From assembly GCA_018713725.1 (NCBI GenBank), contig DVOJ01000004.1:19881-83880 (forward strand): a stretch of DNA of 64,000 bases, read 5' to 3'. The position numbers and the translations under genes are program-made. The notes beneath the pieces are model-generated. The model was not told the origin of the DNA, did not search any database, and saw nothing but the letters and a program-made list of their open reading frames with translations. The stretch is from Candidatus Caccopulliclostridium gallistercoris. Its GTDB lineage: Bacteria > Bacillota > Clostridia > Christensenellales > UBA1242. Positions 6,840 through 15,174 of the stretch are shown here, piece after piece. The number at the start of each line of letters is the position of its first letter. Within the stretch, counting starts at the first letter, position 1.

Positions 6840-8472
6840 TCTCTTCTTTTTCTATTTGATTATTTAAACATTTTAAGCCTGTAATGTAGTACATTATTTG
6901 CGCTTCTTTATCTTCGCTATGAAGGGGAATCATGGAAATGAAAAGGAGCCCTTCAATTAATTCTATATCGTCTACGTTGTAGCCATATTTTTCTACAATA
7001 TTGTCAAAAAGAATAGGGTTTATCATTTTGCCAGTAAAGAAGGAATATTCAAAGTCGTCGGGCGCTTTTTCTTTTAATTTAAACATATCAAGAGTTATGT
7101 AGTCGTATAAACCGTGGTAGTTGTGGCGAGTTTTTGCTACGTCGTATCTGGAATCTCCGTAAATTGTGTCTACGCCAAAGTTTCCGCGCGGATCTATAAA
7201 CTTAAAGGTGTTTGTTTCTGGGAAGTAGATTACATTACTAAAACATATGTCTCCGTGAATAATTGAATAATAATCTTGGCTTGTTTCAACTAATTTGTTA
7301 ATTCTATTTTCTAGTTTTTTGAAGGCACCGTTAAACCCTAAAAGCTTTTCTCCGTTTGCAAAGATATATTCTTTTTCTAAAATATCTTGTCTTTCCCACT
7401 CTTTTATGCGGTCCAGAGTTTTGGTTATATACATATATTTAGAAAGCTCTTTAATATCTGGTGAACCTTCTGGGGCTTTTCTACTCCACATTAAACAGCC
7501 GGTTTTTAAAAGTTTGTCGAATATATAAGCCCAGTTGTCTTCGCTTATCTCGTAGAAATTAAAGTATTCAGTTAAAGTTTTGCCGTTTACCATTTCAGTT
7601 TTGTAAGTAGTTTTATTGCCGTCTATTGTGTAGCCGAAGAACTGCGGTATTAAAAAGGCAAGGTCGGAGTGTTGAATTGTGTCTAGCCATTTAATTTCTG
7701 TTTTTAGTTTGCCGTATTCGCTTTCCTTTGTTAAAACGCCGAATTCATCTAGACGGAAACGATTGAAACTTCTTCCAGCTATGTTTTTAGCCATAGTTTG
7801 ATTGTAGTCGCGAAGAGTACCCGTGTCGTACCACGATTTTATTAAAAGCCCTTTCATTTGAACTTTTTTAGAATATTCTTCAATCATAGAGCTAAGTTGA
7901 AGCTCGCCGCGGTGAAGTTCGTAGTTTTTAGATAAACATTCTTTTAAGACTGCGGGATTTCTAAAATTATATAAGCCAATTAACACCTTATTGGTTTCCG
8001 GCGTATAGTCTGGCTTGTCTATAATTCCAGTAACGTCTTCATTAGAGTTTGTTTTAATTAAACACCAACGGTTGTGAGAGTTGTCGCTTATCGTCATGTA
8101 GCCTAGCCAATCGTAAGAATAGTCTAGGTCTGCTTCGCAAAGCGTGTCGCCAAGAAGTAGAAGGGTAGGCTTGGTTATGTAGTCTTTACAAAGTTGAAAG
8201 GCATGGAGTGGACCTTTGGGATCGTTTTGAACAACGTATTTAACTTTTAAGCCTTCAAAGCTTTTTTCTACAAAGCTTTTTACAATTGATTCATTGCTTG
8301 GGCTTACTACAAAAATAATGTCGCTTAGCCCGCGTTTGATGTACTCTGACATCATATTAAAAATTGCTGGTTTAGAATTTATAGTAAGTAACCCTTTTGG
8401 AAGAGAATAGGAAAGCGGAGCAAGCCTAGTTGCTTTTCCTCCCATAAGGATTACGAGTTGCATATCTTCCAT
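6829..8472 (-). CDS. Bifunctional-looking sugar-phosphate nucleotidyltransferase (N-terminal) / APH-choline-kinase-fold phosphotransferase (C-terminal)
   Basis: The N-terminus LVILMGGKATRLAPLSYSLPKGLL is the NTP-transferase signature. The C-terminus IIHGDICFSNVIY...FIDPRG is a Brenner/APH kinase motif. Confidence 0.7.
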   Translation of the reverse strand: MEDMQLVILMGGKATRLAPLSYSLPKGLLTINSKPAIFNMMSEYIKRGLSDIIFVVSPSNESIVKSFVEKSFEGLKVKYVVQNDPKGPLHAFQLCKDYITKPTLLLLGDTLCEADLDYSYDWLGYMTISDNSHNRWCLIKTNSNEDVTGIIDKPDYTPETNKVLIGLYNFRNPAVLKECLSKNYELHRGELQLSSMIEEYSKKVQMKGLLIKSWYDTGTLRDYNQTMAKNIAGRSFNRFRLDEFGVLTKESEYGKLKTEIKWLDTIQHSDLAFLIPQFFGYTIDGNKTTYKTEMVNGKTLTEYFNFYEISEDNWAYIFDKLLKTGCLMWSRKAPEGSPDIKELSKYMYITKTLDRIKEWERQDILEKEYIFANGEKLLGFNGAFKKLENRINKLVETSQDYYSIIHGDICFSNVIYFPETNTFKFIDPRGNFGVDTIYGDSRYDVAKTRHNYHGLYDYITLDMFKLKEKAPDDFEYSFFTGKMINPILFDNIVEKYGYNVDDIELIEGLLFISMIPLHSEDKEAQIMYYITGLKCLNNQIEKEETTL

Positions 8473-8544
8473 ATTTTCCCCTTTTAAATTTGTGAGTAAA
8501 AATAGTATACAATATTTTTTTGCTTATTTCAACTTATTAGAGAA

Positions 8545-8578
8545 AATTATTAAAAAACTCGCTATGAAAGCGAGTTTT
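8545..8578 (-). terminator. Rho-independent terminator overlapping the stop codon of the 8562-9317 gene
   Basis: On the minus strand, AAAACUCGCU-UUCAU-AGCGAGUUUU followed by UUAAUAAU. Confidence 0.7.
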
Positions 8579-9317
8579 CTTTATTTTCCATATTTTCGTT
8601 TTTTACAGTTTGTTTTTTATTAGTTCTTTTAATTTCAAACGCCTTTAAAAAGTTTTTGTTTTTCTTTTGACATATTGCGCAAGTTATGCCTGCTATAAGC
8701 GCGCCACTCGCGCCAAGTATAATATCTTTCATGGTGTCGTAAAGTGCGGCTCTGCCCACAAGTTCAACTCCGTTTTCAATGTAACGCTGTGCATTATAGC
8801 CAACAATTATGGCGTCTACTGTGTATTCGTATATTTCCCACACAGCTTCTATGGCTAGAGAAAAACAAAAGGCAAAAATTAGCAAAAATATTGGAGAAAT
8901 GTCATCATTATTTTTAAACCATACGCAAACAAGACACATAGAAAGCAGCCCAAATAATACCGCGCTAGACCCATGCAAAATGCTGTCCCAGTGACGAAAT
9001 ACGGAGTAAATATCCATAAAAGTGCCAATAAAAACGGCAAAAATAAAGAAAACATATAACGAAATATTAAAAAATGCTGGAAATTTAATTTTAAAAATTC
9101 TTTCAATAATCATAGGCAAGAATATTAAAACAATCATACCAAGGCGTTGAAGAATGCCAAGCAAAAAGCCGTCTGTTCCAAGGCTTGTGCATAAATAATA
9201 GATAGGTGCAAAAACAAAGCACGCAAGAGTAATACCAAACACAATATATTCAGCCATTAAGCTTTTTGAAATTTTTTTATTGTTATTTTGTTCTTGATTA
9301 GTTATAGTTTCATCCAT
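8562..9317 (-). CDS. Polytopic integral membrane protein, unknown function
   Basis: At least six hydrophobic helices. Start set at MDETIT (SD aaggag 7 nt upstream) rather than the ORF-track start at 9347. Confidence 0.6.
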   Translation of the reverse strand: MDETITNQEQNNNKKISKSLMAEYIVFGITLACFVFAPIYYLCTSLGTDGFLLGILQRLGMIVLIFLPMIIERIFKIKFPAFFNISLYVFFIFAVFIGTFMDIYSVFRHWDSILHGSSAVLFGLLSMCLVCVWFKNNDDISPIFLLIFAFCFSLAIEAVWEIYEYTVDAIIVGYNAQRYIENGVELVGRAALYDTMKDIILGASGALIAGITCAICQKKNKNFLKAFEIKRTNKKQTVKNENMENKENSLS

Positions 9318-9477
9318 AAAAATCTCCTTGAAAGATAGTATATACAAAAAATTATAAAATACAAAATAAAATAATAGGATTATTTAATAAAAAATCTTTT
9401 AAAAGGCACATTTTTGTTCAAGCTACAGGTTGGAAGGAAGGGAAAGTAAAAAAAATTCCAAAAGCCCGTAATTTCGC

Positions 9478-9505
9478 TTGACAAAAATGCGGGGGGGGGT
9501 AAAAT
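9478..9505 (+). promoter_or_regulatory. Promoter TTGACA-16-TAAAAT with a G9 homopolymer inside the spacer
   Basis: ttgaca at 9478-9483, spacer aaaatgc plus nine G (9491-9499), taaaat at 9500-9505. Confidence 0.55.
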
Positions 9506-9758
9506 AGGCTAGCAAAATAAAATTTGCTAGCCTATTCTACCCAATGTGCAGGGTTTTGTTTAAATACTATCGTTTTGGGTAAAATACTCTTATTTCTTCG
9601 AAGAAATAACTTCGCATGAGAGTACGCACCAAACTCCCAAGCGAAGCTGGAGTTTGCGTTTGGTGCGTATAAAGAAAAATTTCAAGCATAAAAGGCGAGC
9701 GTTTGCGATTAGCAAACCCGCCCAAAGCGCAGAAATTTTTCTAATAAAGGAGAACATT
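9506..9758 (+). promoter_or_regulatory. Long, highly structured leader (or independent small RNA) upstream of the secreted-protein gene
   Basis: Nested perfect or near-perfect hairpins: aggctagcaaa/tttgctagcct (9506-9533), the 20-nt palindrome ttatttcttcgaagaaataa (9590-9609), tacgcaccaaactcc...ggagttt(gcgttt)ggtgcgta (9623-9669), and gaaaaatttc (9674-9683) pairing with gaaatttttc (9732-9741). Confidence 0.45.
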
Positions 9759-10811
9759 ATGAAAAAGAGAAGCAAAATAATAGCCTTGGTTACAACGCTT
9801 TGCTTATGCCTAAGCCTATTTGTAGTAGGCGTATTAGCTGCAAAAAGCGCTACGTTTAATGTGACAAGCACCCTAAACTTTACCGCAGACGGCGTATACG
9901 TAATGGTAGACGCTAGCCTAAAACAAGGTGCAGATGTAGCCACTGCAGCAGTACTTTCTGGTGAAGGTGCGCCTAGCGGGCAGGCGACATATAAAGCATA
10001 TTCCTATTCTCGCGTAAGTGGGCAAGACTATCCAAACGGCGAAGCTTCTACAGGTTACTTTGTGGATGAAAATGGTATGCGGGCAGACACTTGGGCAATA
10101 GGAGATATAAATTTTACAAATGAATATGTTGTAGTGATATATGAATTTATATTTAAAAATTATTCAGATTTTGAAGTGGCGGCAACGATAACTAACTATA
10201 CAGAAAGTGTTGGAGAAGAACCTTCACTTTCAAGTGTATTGACATCATTGAAAAGCAATGGAAATGAAGTTGTAGAAAGCGAAAATCAAGATGGTGTAAT
10301 TATTATTCCAGCTAAAACTGGGCAAACTCCTGGTACAGCTAAGTATACTATAACTATAACTTTAAAAAATTTTAATAATAATTTAAAGCAAAATTTATCA
10401 ATAAATTTTAGTTTTAAAAAGTATGTTAGTAATGATATAAGGGTTAATGTTTTAGGTGAAGGATTTTTAATTTTTTTAAATGAAGATTACAATAACCCAC
10501 TTTCTGGGAGTAACATTATTATAGATGAAAATGATAATATTTCTTTTGGCTCTATAAATGATCTTGCCAGTGGAGATTTTCAAATTGTTTTAATTTCACC
10601 AGATGGAAAAAGAACGATATTTTTTGATGGTTATGAAGAATACGTTATGATAAGAAATGAAGGAGATTATTATATTTTGAATTACGTAGATGGGCCTTCT
10701 TTAATAGACCAATTTGATAGCAGAGAAACAGATATAGTAATTTCTACCAGTTTAGGCGACATTACTTGTGGATTAGGGTGGGTTATTGAGTTTGTACCAC
10801 ATAGCGAATAA
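9759..10811 (+). CDS. Secreted protein with N-terminal signal/anchor; possible TasA/camelysin-like beta-sandwich N-domain
   Basis: Start chosen at ATG 9759 (SD aaggag at 9748-9753) giving MKKRSKIIALVTTLCLCLSLFVVGVLAAKSATFNV. Shares W-x-x-x-DINF-x-N...F-x-F-x-N-x-S with the 61360 protein. Confidence 0.6.
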   Translation: MKKRSKIIALVTTLCLCLSLFVVGVLAAKSATFNVTSTLNFTADGVYVMVDASLKQGADVATAAVLSGEGAPSGQATYKAYSYSRVSGQDYPNGEASTGYFVDENGMRADTWAIGDINFTNEYVVVIYEFIFKNYSDFEVAATITNYTESVGEEPSLSSVLTSLKSNGNEVVESENQDGVIIIPAKTGQTPGTAKYTITITLKNFNNNLKQNLSINFSFKKYVSNDIRVNVLGEGFLIFLNEDYNNPLSGSNIIIDENDNISFGSINDLASGDFQIVLISPDGKRTIFFDGYEEYVMIRNEGDYYILNYVDGPSLIDQFDSRETDIVISTSLGDITCGLGWVIEFVPHSE

Positions 10812-10849
10812 AAATGGTGAGCGTTTAGTCAATTATTTTTAAAATTAAT

Positions 10850-10883
10850 AAAAATCCACAAGCTTTAACTTGTGGATTTTTTT
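10850..10883. terminator. Bidirectional rho-independent terminator
   Basis: atccacaag-ctttaa-cttgtggat flanked by A-run and T-run, between convergent genes. Confidence 0.8.
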
Positions 10884-13284
10884 ACTTAACTATAAAGTTT
10901 ATTAATCTTGAAGGAATTAGAACTACTTTTATAATTTGTTTGTTCTCAAATTTTGAAGCAAATTCTTCTTTTACTTTTTCTTCTATTTCACTTTGGCTGC
11001 TTGTAGGGGAGATGTTTATTCTGCCTATAATTTTGCTATTTTGTTGAACGGCTATCTCTACTTCGTTTTGAATAAGGTCAGTTTCGTTATAGCTTGGCCA
11101 AGGTGTGTTTTCTATTGAAGGCGTGAATTTGCATTCTTCCCAAAGCTCTTCTGTGATGTGTGGAGCAAATGGGTTTAATATTCTAAGTAGTACCTTATAT
11201 TCTTCGGAATTTATTTTTTCTAGTTTTTCTAGCGCGGTTGTGAATATCATAATCTGCGAAATTGCTGTGTTGAACTTTAAGTTTTCTATGTCTTCGCCAA
11301 CCTTTTTAATACTGCTTGCACATATGAACTTTTGTTCATCTCTTATTTCGCCTGTTTGAACCTTGTCTTTTAATGCAACTATTCTATTAAGTAGCCTTTC
11401 ACAAGGTTTCATTGTTGCGTCACTCCAAGGTTTCATTTCTGTGTAGTCGCCCATAAACATTTGCCCAAGCCTAGATACGTCTGCGCCGTAGGTTTCTACG
11501 TATTCCATTGGGTCTACGGTGTTGCCTGCGGACTTACTCATTTTAGAGCCGTCTTTGGCTAAAATTATACCTTGTTGTACGCGCTTATCAAAGGGTTCAC
11601 TGTAAGGAACTAAGCCGTTATCGTATAGGAATTTGTGCCAGAACCTTGCGTAGAGAAGGTGACGTGTAACGTGCTCTCCGCCGCCGTTGTAGATGTCTAC
11701 TTTGCCCCAATATTTCATTTTGTCAAAGTCGGCAAACGCCTTGTCGTTGTGCGGGTCCATATAGCGTAGCCAATACCAAGAAGAACCCGCCCAGTTTGGC
11801 ATAACGTCTGTTTCACGCTTTGCAGGTTTTCCGCAGTGTGGGCAAGTAGTGTTTACCCAATCCGTTATTCTAGAAAGTGGACTTTCGCCGTCGTCTGTTG
11901 GCTTATACTTATCCACGTTTGGAAGTTTTACAGGAAGTTCTTCGTCTGGAACTGCTACCCAGCCGCAGTGCTCGCAGTAAACTAGCGGCACAGGCTCGCC
12001 CCAATATCTTTGACGGCTAAACACCCAGTCACGCATCTTATACGTGCATTCCTTTTTGCCTAAGCCATGTTCTTCAAGATATTTATTTAGTGCCACCTTT
12101 GCTTCTTCAACGGTTAAACCTGTAAACTCGCCAGAGTTTATTAACTTGCAACCTTTTCCTAAATAGTCGCCCTTTTCAAAGGCTTTTTCTTTTATATCTC
12201 CGCCAGATATTACTTCAATCATTGGAAGATTCATGAGTTTGGCAAAGTCGTAATCTCTTTGGTCGTGGGCAGGCACTGCCATAACGGCACCCGAGCCGTA
12301 GTTTGCTAGCACGTAGTCGCCAATAAACACAGGTACTTTTGCGCCGTTTATTGGGTTTATTGCAGTTATTCCTTTAAGCTCGCAACCGGATTTTTCCTTT
12401 ACAAGCTCCGTCCTTTCAAACTCAGATTTCTTTGCCGCTTTTTCTCTATAAGCTAGCACTTTGTCCCAGTTTTGTATTTTATCTTTAAGTTTGTCTACAA
12501 GTGGATTTTCTGGGGCAAGCACAAAGTAGGTTATGCCAAACACCGTTTCTATACAAGTGGTAAATATGTCAAAGCTTTCTCCACTCTCTAACTTGCAGTG
12601 TAGGGTAGTGCCTTCGCTTTTGCCTATCCACTTTCTTTGCATTGCCTTTATGTTTTCCCAGTAGTGCGTTTCGTTTAAGCCTTCTAGAAGCTTTTCAGCG
12701 TATTCGCTCATTTTAAGCATCCATTGGCTTTTTGGCTTTTGCACTGTGGGCGTTCCACATCTTTCGCAAACGCCGCCTTCGCTCTCTTCGTTAGAAAGCC
12801 CTATTTTACACTTAGGGCACCAGTTTATGTTGGCTTCTGCTTTGTAGGCAAGACCCTTTTTAAAGAATTGTAAGAATATCCACTGCGTCCATTTATAGTA
12901 ATCTTCGTCCGTGGTGTTTATTTCTCTATCCCAGTCGAAAGATATGCCAAGGCTCTTTATTTGATTTTTAAAGTGCTCTACATTTCTTCTTGTAACTTCC
13001 TTTGGGTGTATGCCTGTTTTTATTGCATAGTTTTCCGTTGGAAGACCAAAGGCGTCCCAGCCCATAGGGTACAAAACGTTATAGCCTTCGGCGCGCTTTT
13101 TGCGGGCTAAAATGTCCATAGCTATTTGGTTTGGCGTGTGGCCTACGTGTAAGCCTGCTCCGCTTGGGTAAGGGAACTCTACTAAAATATAGTACTTTGG
13201 CTTTTTATCAAAATCTATGGCATGATAGCGGTGCTCTTCTTCCCATATCTTTTGCCACTTCTTTTCTACTTCTTTAAAATTCAT
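10882..13284 (-). CDS. leuS: Leucine--tRNA ligase
   Basis: 800 aa. Contains the HIGH-type motif (GLHVGHTPN), KMSKS, CP1 editing insert, zinc-type CPKC..CERC and typical LeuRS blocks. SD aaggag. Confidence 0.95.
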   Translation of the reverse strand: MNFKEVEKKWQKIWEEEHRYHAIDFDKKPKYYILVEFPYPSGAGLHVGHTPNQIAMDILARKKRAEGYNVLYPMGWDAFGLPTENYAIKTGIHPKEVTRRNVEHFKNQIKSLGISFDWDREINTTDEDYYKWTQWIFLQFFKKGLAYKAEANINWCPKCKIGLSNEESEGGVCERCGTPTVQKPKSQWMLKMSEYAEKLLEGLNETHYWENIKAMQRKWIGKSEGTTLHCKLESGESFDIFTTCIETVFGITYFVLAPENPLVDKLKDKIQNWDKVLAYREKAAKKSEFERTELVKEKSGCELKGITAINPINGAKVPVFIGDYVLANYGSGAVMAVPAHDQRDYDFAKLMNLPMIEVISGGDIKEKAFEKGDYLGKGCKLINSGEFTGLTVEEAKVALNKYLEEHGLGKKECTYKMRDWVFSRQRYWGEPVPLVYCEHCGWVAVPDEELPVKLPNVDKYKPTDDGESPLSRITDWVNTTCPHCGKPAKRETDVMPNWAGSSWYWLRYMDPHNDKAFADFDKMKYWGKVDIYNGGGEHVTRHLLYARFWHKFLYDNGLVPYSEPFDKRVQQGIILAKDGSKMSKSAGNTVDPMEYVETYGADVSRLGQMFMGDYTEMKPWSDATMKPCERLLNRIVALKDKVQTGEIRDEQKFICASSIKKVGEDIENLKFNTAISQIMIFTTALEKLEKINSEEYKVLLRILNPFAPHITEELWEECKFTPSIENTPWPSYNETDLIQNEVEIAVQQNSKIIGRINISPTSSQSEIEEKVKEEFASKFENKQIIKVVLIPSRLINFIVK

Positions 13285-13301
13285 ATCTTCTCCTTAAATA
13301 C

Positions 13302-13390
13302 GCTTCGGAAGCAAAATTTCGCGTGAGCGAAATTTTTAAGCGCCTTTTAAGGCGCTTTGCTCTGGGCTCTGCCCAGAGCGCTTCCGAAGC
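13302..13390 (-). promoter_or_regulatory. 89-nt perfect four-way-junction (cloverleaf) RNA element filling the alaS-leuS intercistronic gap
   Basis: Outer stem 13302-13312/13380-13390 (11 bp). Three hairpins follow: 13313-13336 (10 bp, 4-nt loop), 13338-13357 (7 bp, 6-nt loop) and 13359-13379 (9 bp, 3-nt loop). Only 2 junction nucleotides are unpaired. Confidence 0.6.
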
Positions 13391-15174
13391 TAGTTTTCAA
13401 CAACTGCTTTAATTCTTCTAACTCCGCTAGACGAGCTCTCTTCTTTTAAAATTCTAAAATGTTTAAGCTCGCTAGTGTTATTTACGTGTGGGCCGCTGCA
13501 AAGTTCTTTGCTAATATTTCCAATTGTGTACACAGAAACCCTGTCGCCGTACTTATCTGTAAATAGCCCAATGGCGCCCGTCTTTTTCGCGTCTTCTAGG
13601 CTCATCTCTTCGCGCACAACTGGAATAGCGTCAGAAATTGCCTTATTTACAAAATTTTCAACTTCTTTCACTTCTTCTGGGGTCATTTTTCTTTCAAAGT
13701 TAAAGTCGAACCTTAACCTTTCAGGTGTAATATTGCTGCCTCTTTGGTAAACGTGATTCCCAAGCACGTGCCTTAGCCCTGCTTGAAGAAGGTGAGTAGC
13801 GGTGTGAAGTTTTATCGTCTCTTCGCTGTGGTCCGCAAGTCCGCTCTTAAACGTGCCTTCCGTTTTGGAAATTTCTCTATGCTTTTCAAAAAGCTCGTTG
13901 AATTCCTTTTCGTCTACCGTTAAGCCCTTTTCGCTTGCTAGCTCCTTAGTAATTTCAAGTGGGAAGCCAAAGGTATCGAAAAGTTTGAAGGCAATTTTAC
14001 TATCAAGTTTTCCGCCCTTTATATTATTTTCGTCTTTTACGTAGTCGTTAAACGCCTTAACGCCTTGCTCTAAACTTTTAGAAAATTTTGCAAACTCTGC
14101 CATGAATTTATCTACAATTTCATTCTTAGAGTAGTTCCACTTTGGTTCTAGGTCTATTTTTTTCATGTTGTCCATAGTAAGCATTAAAAGCTCTGGAATT
14201 TTGCTGTCTTCAAGCCCAATAGTTCTCATGTGGCGAATAGCGCGCCTAATTAATCTTCTAAGCACGTAGCCGCGTTTAACGTTAGACGGCTCTACACCTG
14301 CATTTAATATAAAAATGGAAGTTCTAACGTGGTCAGCTATAATTCTTAAACTTTCGAGTACTGGATTTTTAGAATTATTTTGCAAATATTCAATTATTGG
14401 AAGGAATACTTCGGTATCGTACGCGCTCTCTAAGCCGTTTAGCGTCATTATCATACGCTCTAAGCCAGAGCCTGTGTCTACGCTTTTCATTTTAAGCTTT
14501 GTGTAGTTTCCATTTTCGTCTTGATAATATTCCATAAACACGCCGGCGTTCCAAATTTCTATATAGCGGTTCTTGTCGTCGAATATGCCGGTTTCTTCAT
14601 AGTTAGCGCCGTGTTCTGCGCCCGTGTCGTAGAACATCTCAGTGCATGGGCCGCAAGGTCCTGCGTCATGGTCGCCGCCAATGCGCCAGAAGTTATCTTC
14701 AAAGCCGCATCTTATTATATGGCTTTCTGGAATACCGTTTTTCTTCCAGTGTTCTATGCTTTCGTTATCTGCTGGTATTCCGCGCTTTTCGTCGCCGGAA
14801 AAAACTGTAACGTATAGCTTTTCTTTCGGTATGTTAAAGCCCTTAGTTAAAAGCTCAAAGGCGTAGTGAATGGCGCCTTCCTTAAAGTAGTCGCCAATGC
14901 TCCAAGAGCCTAGCATATAGAAGCTTGAAAGGTGATGGCGGTCGCCAATGCTGTCTATGTCTATAGTTCTAATGCAGTTTTGAACGTTGCACATTCTTTT
15001 AGCTTGCGGCTCTTGCTCGCCAGTGAAAACTTTTTTCATAGGAGCCATGCCGGCGTTGATAAAAAGTAGTGTTGGGTCGTTTTCTGGCACAATAGAAGCG
15101 CCGTCTATAATTTTATGACCATTCTTTTCAAAGTAATTTAAAAACGTGTCTTTAATTTGTTTAACTGTATACAT
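13390..15174 (-). CDS. alaS: Alanine--tRNA ligase, short 594-aa form ending after the editing domain (no C-Ala domain)
   Basis: N-terminal class II AlaRS blocks (FTGEQEP, IRTIDIDSIGDRHHLSSFYMLGSWS, FWRIGG..GPCGPCTEMFYD, IWNAGVFMEY). Editing motifs HTATHLL and CSGPHV. Ends ..GVRRIKAVVEN. Confidence 0.9.
   Translation of the reverse strand: MYTVKQIKDTFLNYFEKNGHKIIDGASIVPENDPTLLFINAGMAPMKKVFTGEQEPQAKRMCNVQNCIRTIDIDSIGDRHHLSSFYMLGSWSIGDYFKEGAIHYAFELLTKGFNIPKEKLYVTVFSGDEKRGIPADNESIEHWKKNGIPESHIIRCGFEDNFWRIGGDHDAGPCGPCTEMFYDTGAEHGANYEETGIFDDKNRYIEIWNAGVFMEYYQDENGNYTKLKMKSVDTGSGLERMIMTLNGLESAYDTEVFLPIIEYLQNNSKNPVLESLRIIADHVRTSIFILNAGVEPSNVKRGYVLRRLIRRAIRHMRTIGLEDSKIPELLMLTMDNMKKIDLEPKWNYSKNEIVDKFMAEFAKFSKSLEQGVKAFNDYVKDENNIKGGKLDSKIAFKLFDTFGFPLEITKELASEKGLTVDEKEFNELFEKHREISKTEGTFKSGLADHSEETIKLHTATHLLQAGLRHVLGNHVYQRGSNITPERLRFDFNFERKMTPEEVKEVENFVNKAISDAIPVVREEMSLEDAKKTGAIGLFTDKYGDRVSVYTIGNISKELCSGPHVNNTSELKHFRILKEESSSSGVRRIKAVVEN

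Noticed and set aside
9506-9758. Assignment of the leader to the c-di-GMP-I/II or another named riboswitch class
   Set aside because: I could not find the conserved core sequences I remember for these classes. It is left as an unassigned structured leader.
9590-9943. 117-aa minus-strand ORF, and the alternative 9654 start for the secreted protein
   Set aside because: The minus ORF runs through the palindromic leader and is antisense to the signal peptide. ATG 9759 has a proper SD and yields a canonical signal peptide, whereas 9654 would add a 35-aa basic extension encoded by hairpin sequence.
13285-13389. T-box riboswitch upstream of leuS (and upstream of alaS, 15175-15520)
   Set aside because: The gap upstream of leuS is only 105 nt. 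Neither region has a specifier-loop, T-box sequence or terminator/antiterminator arrangement.
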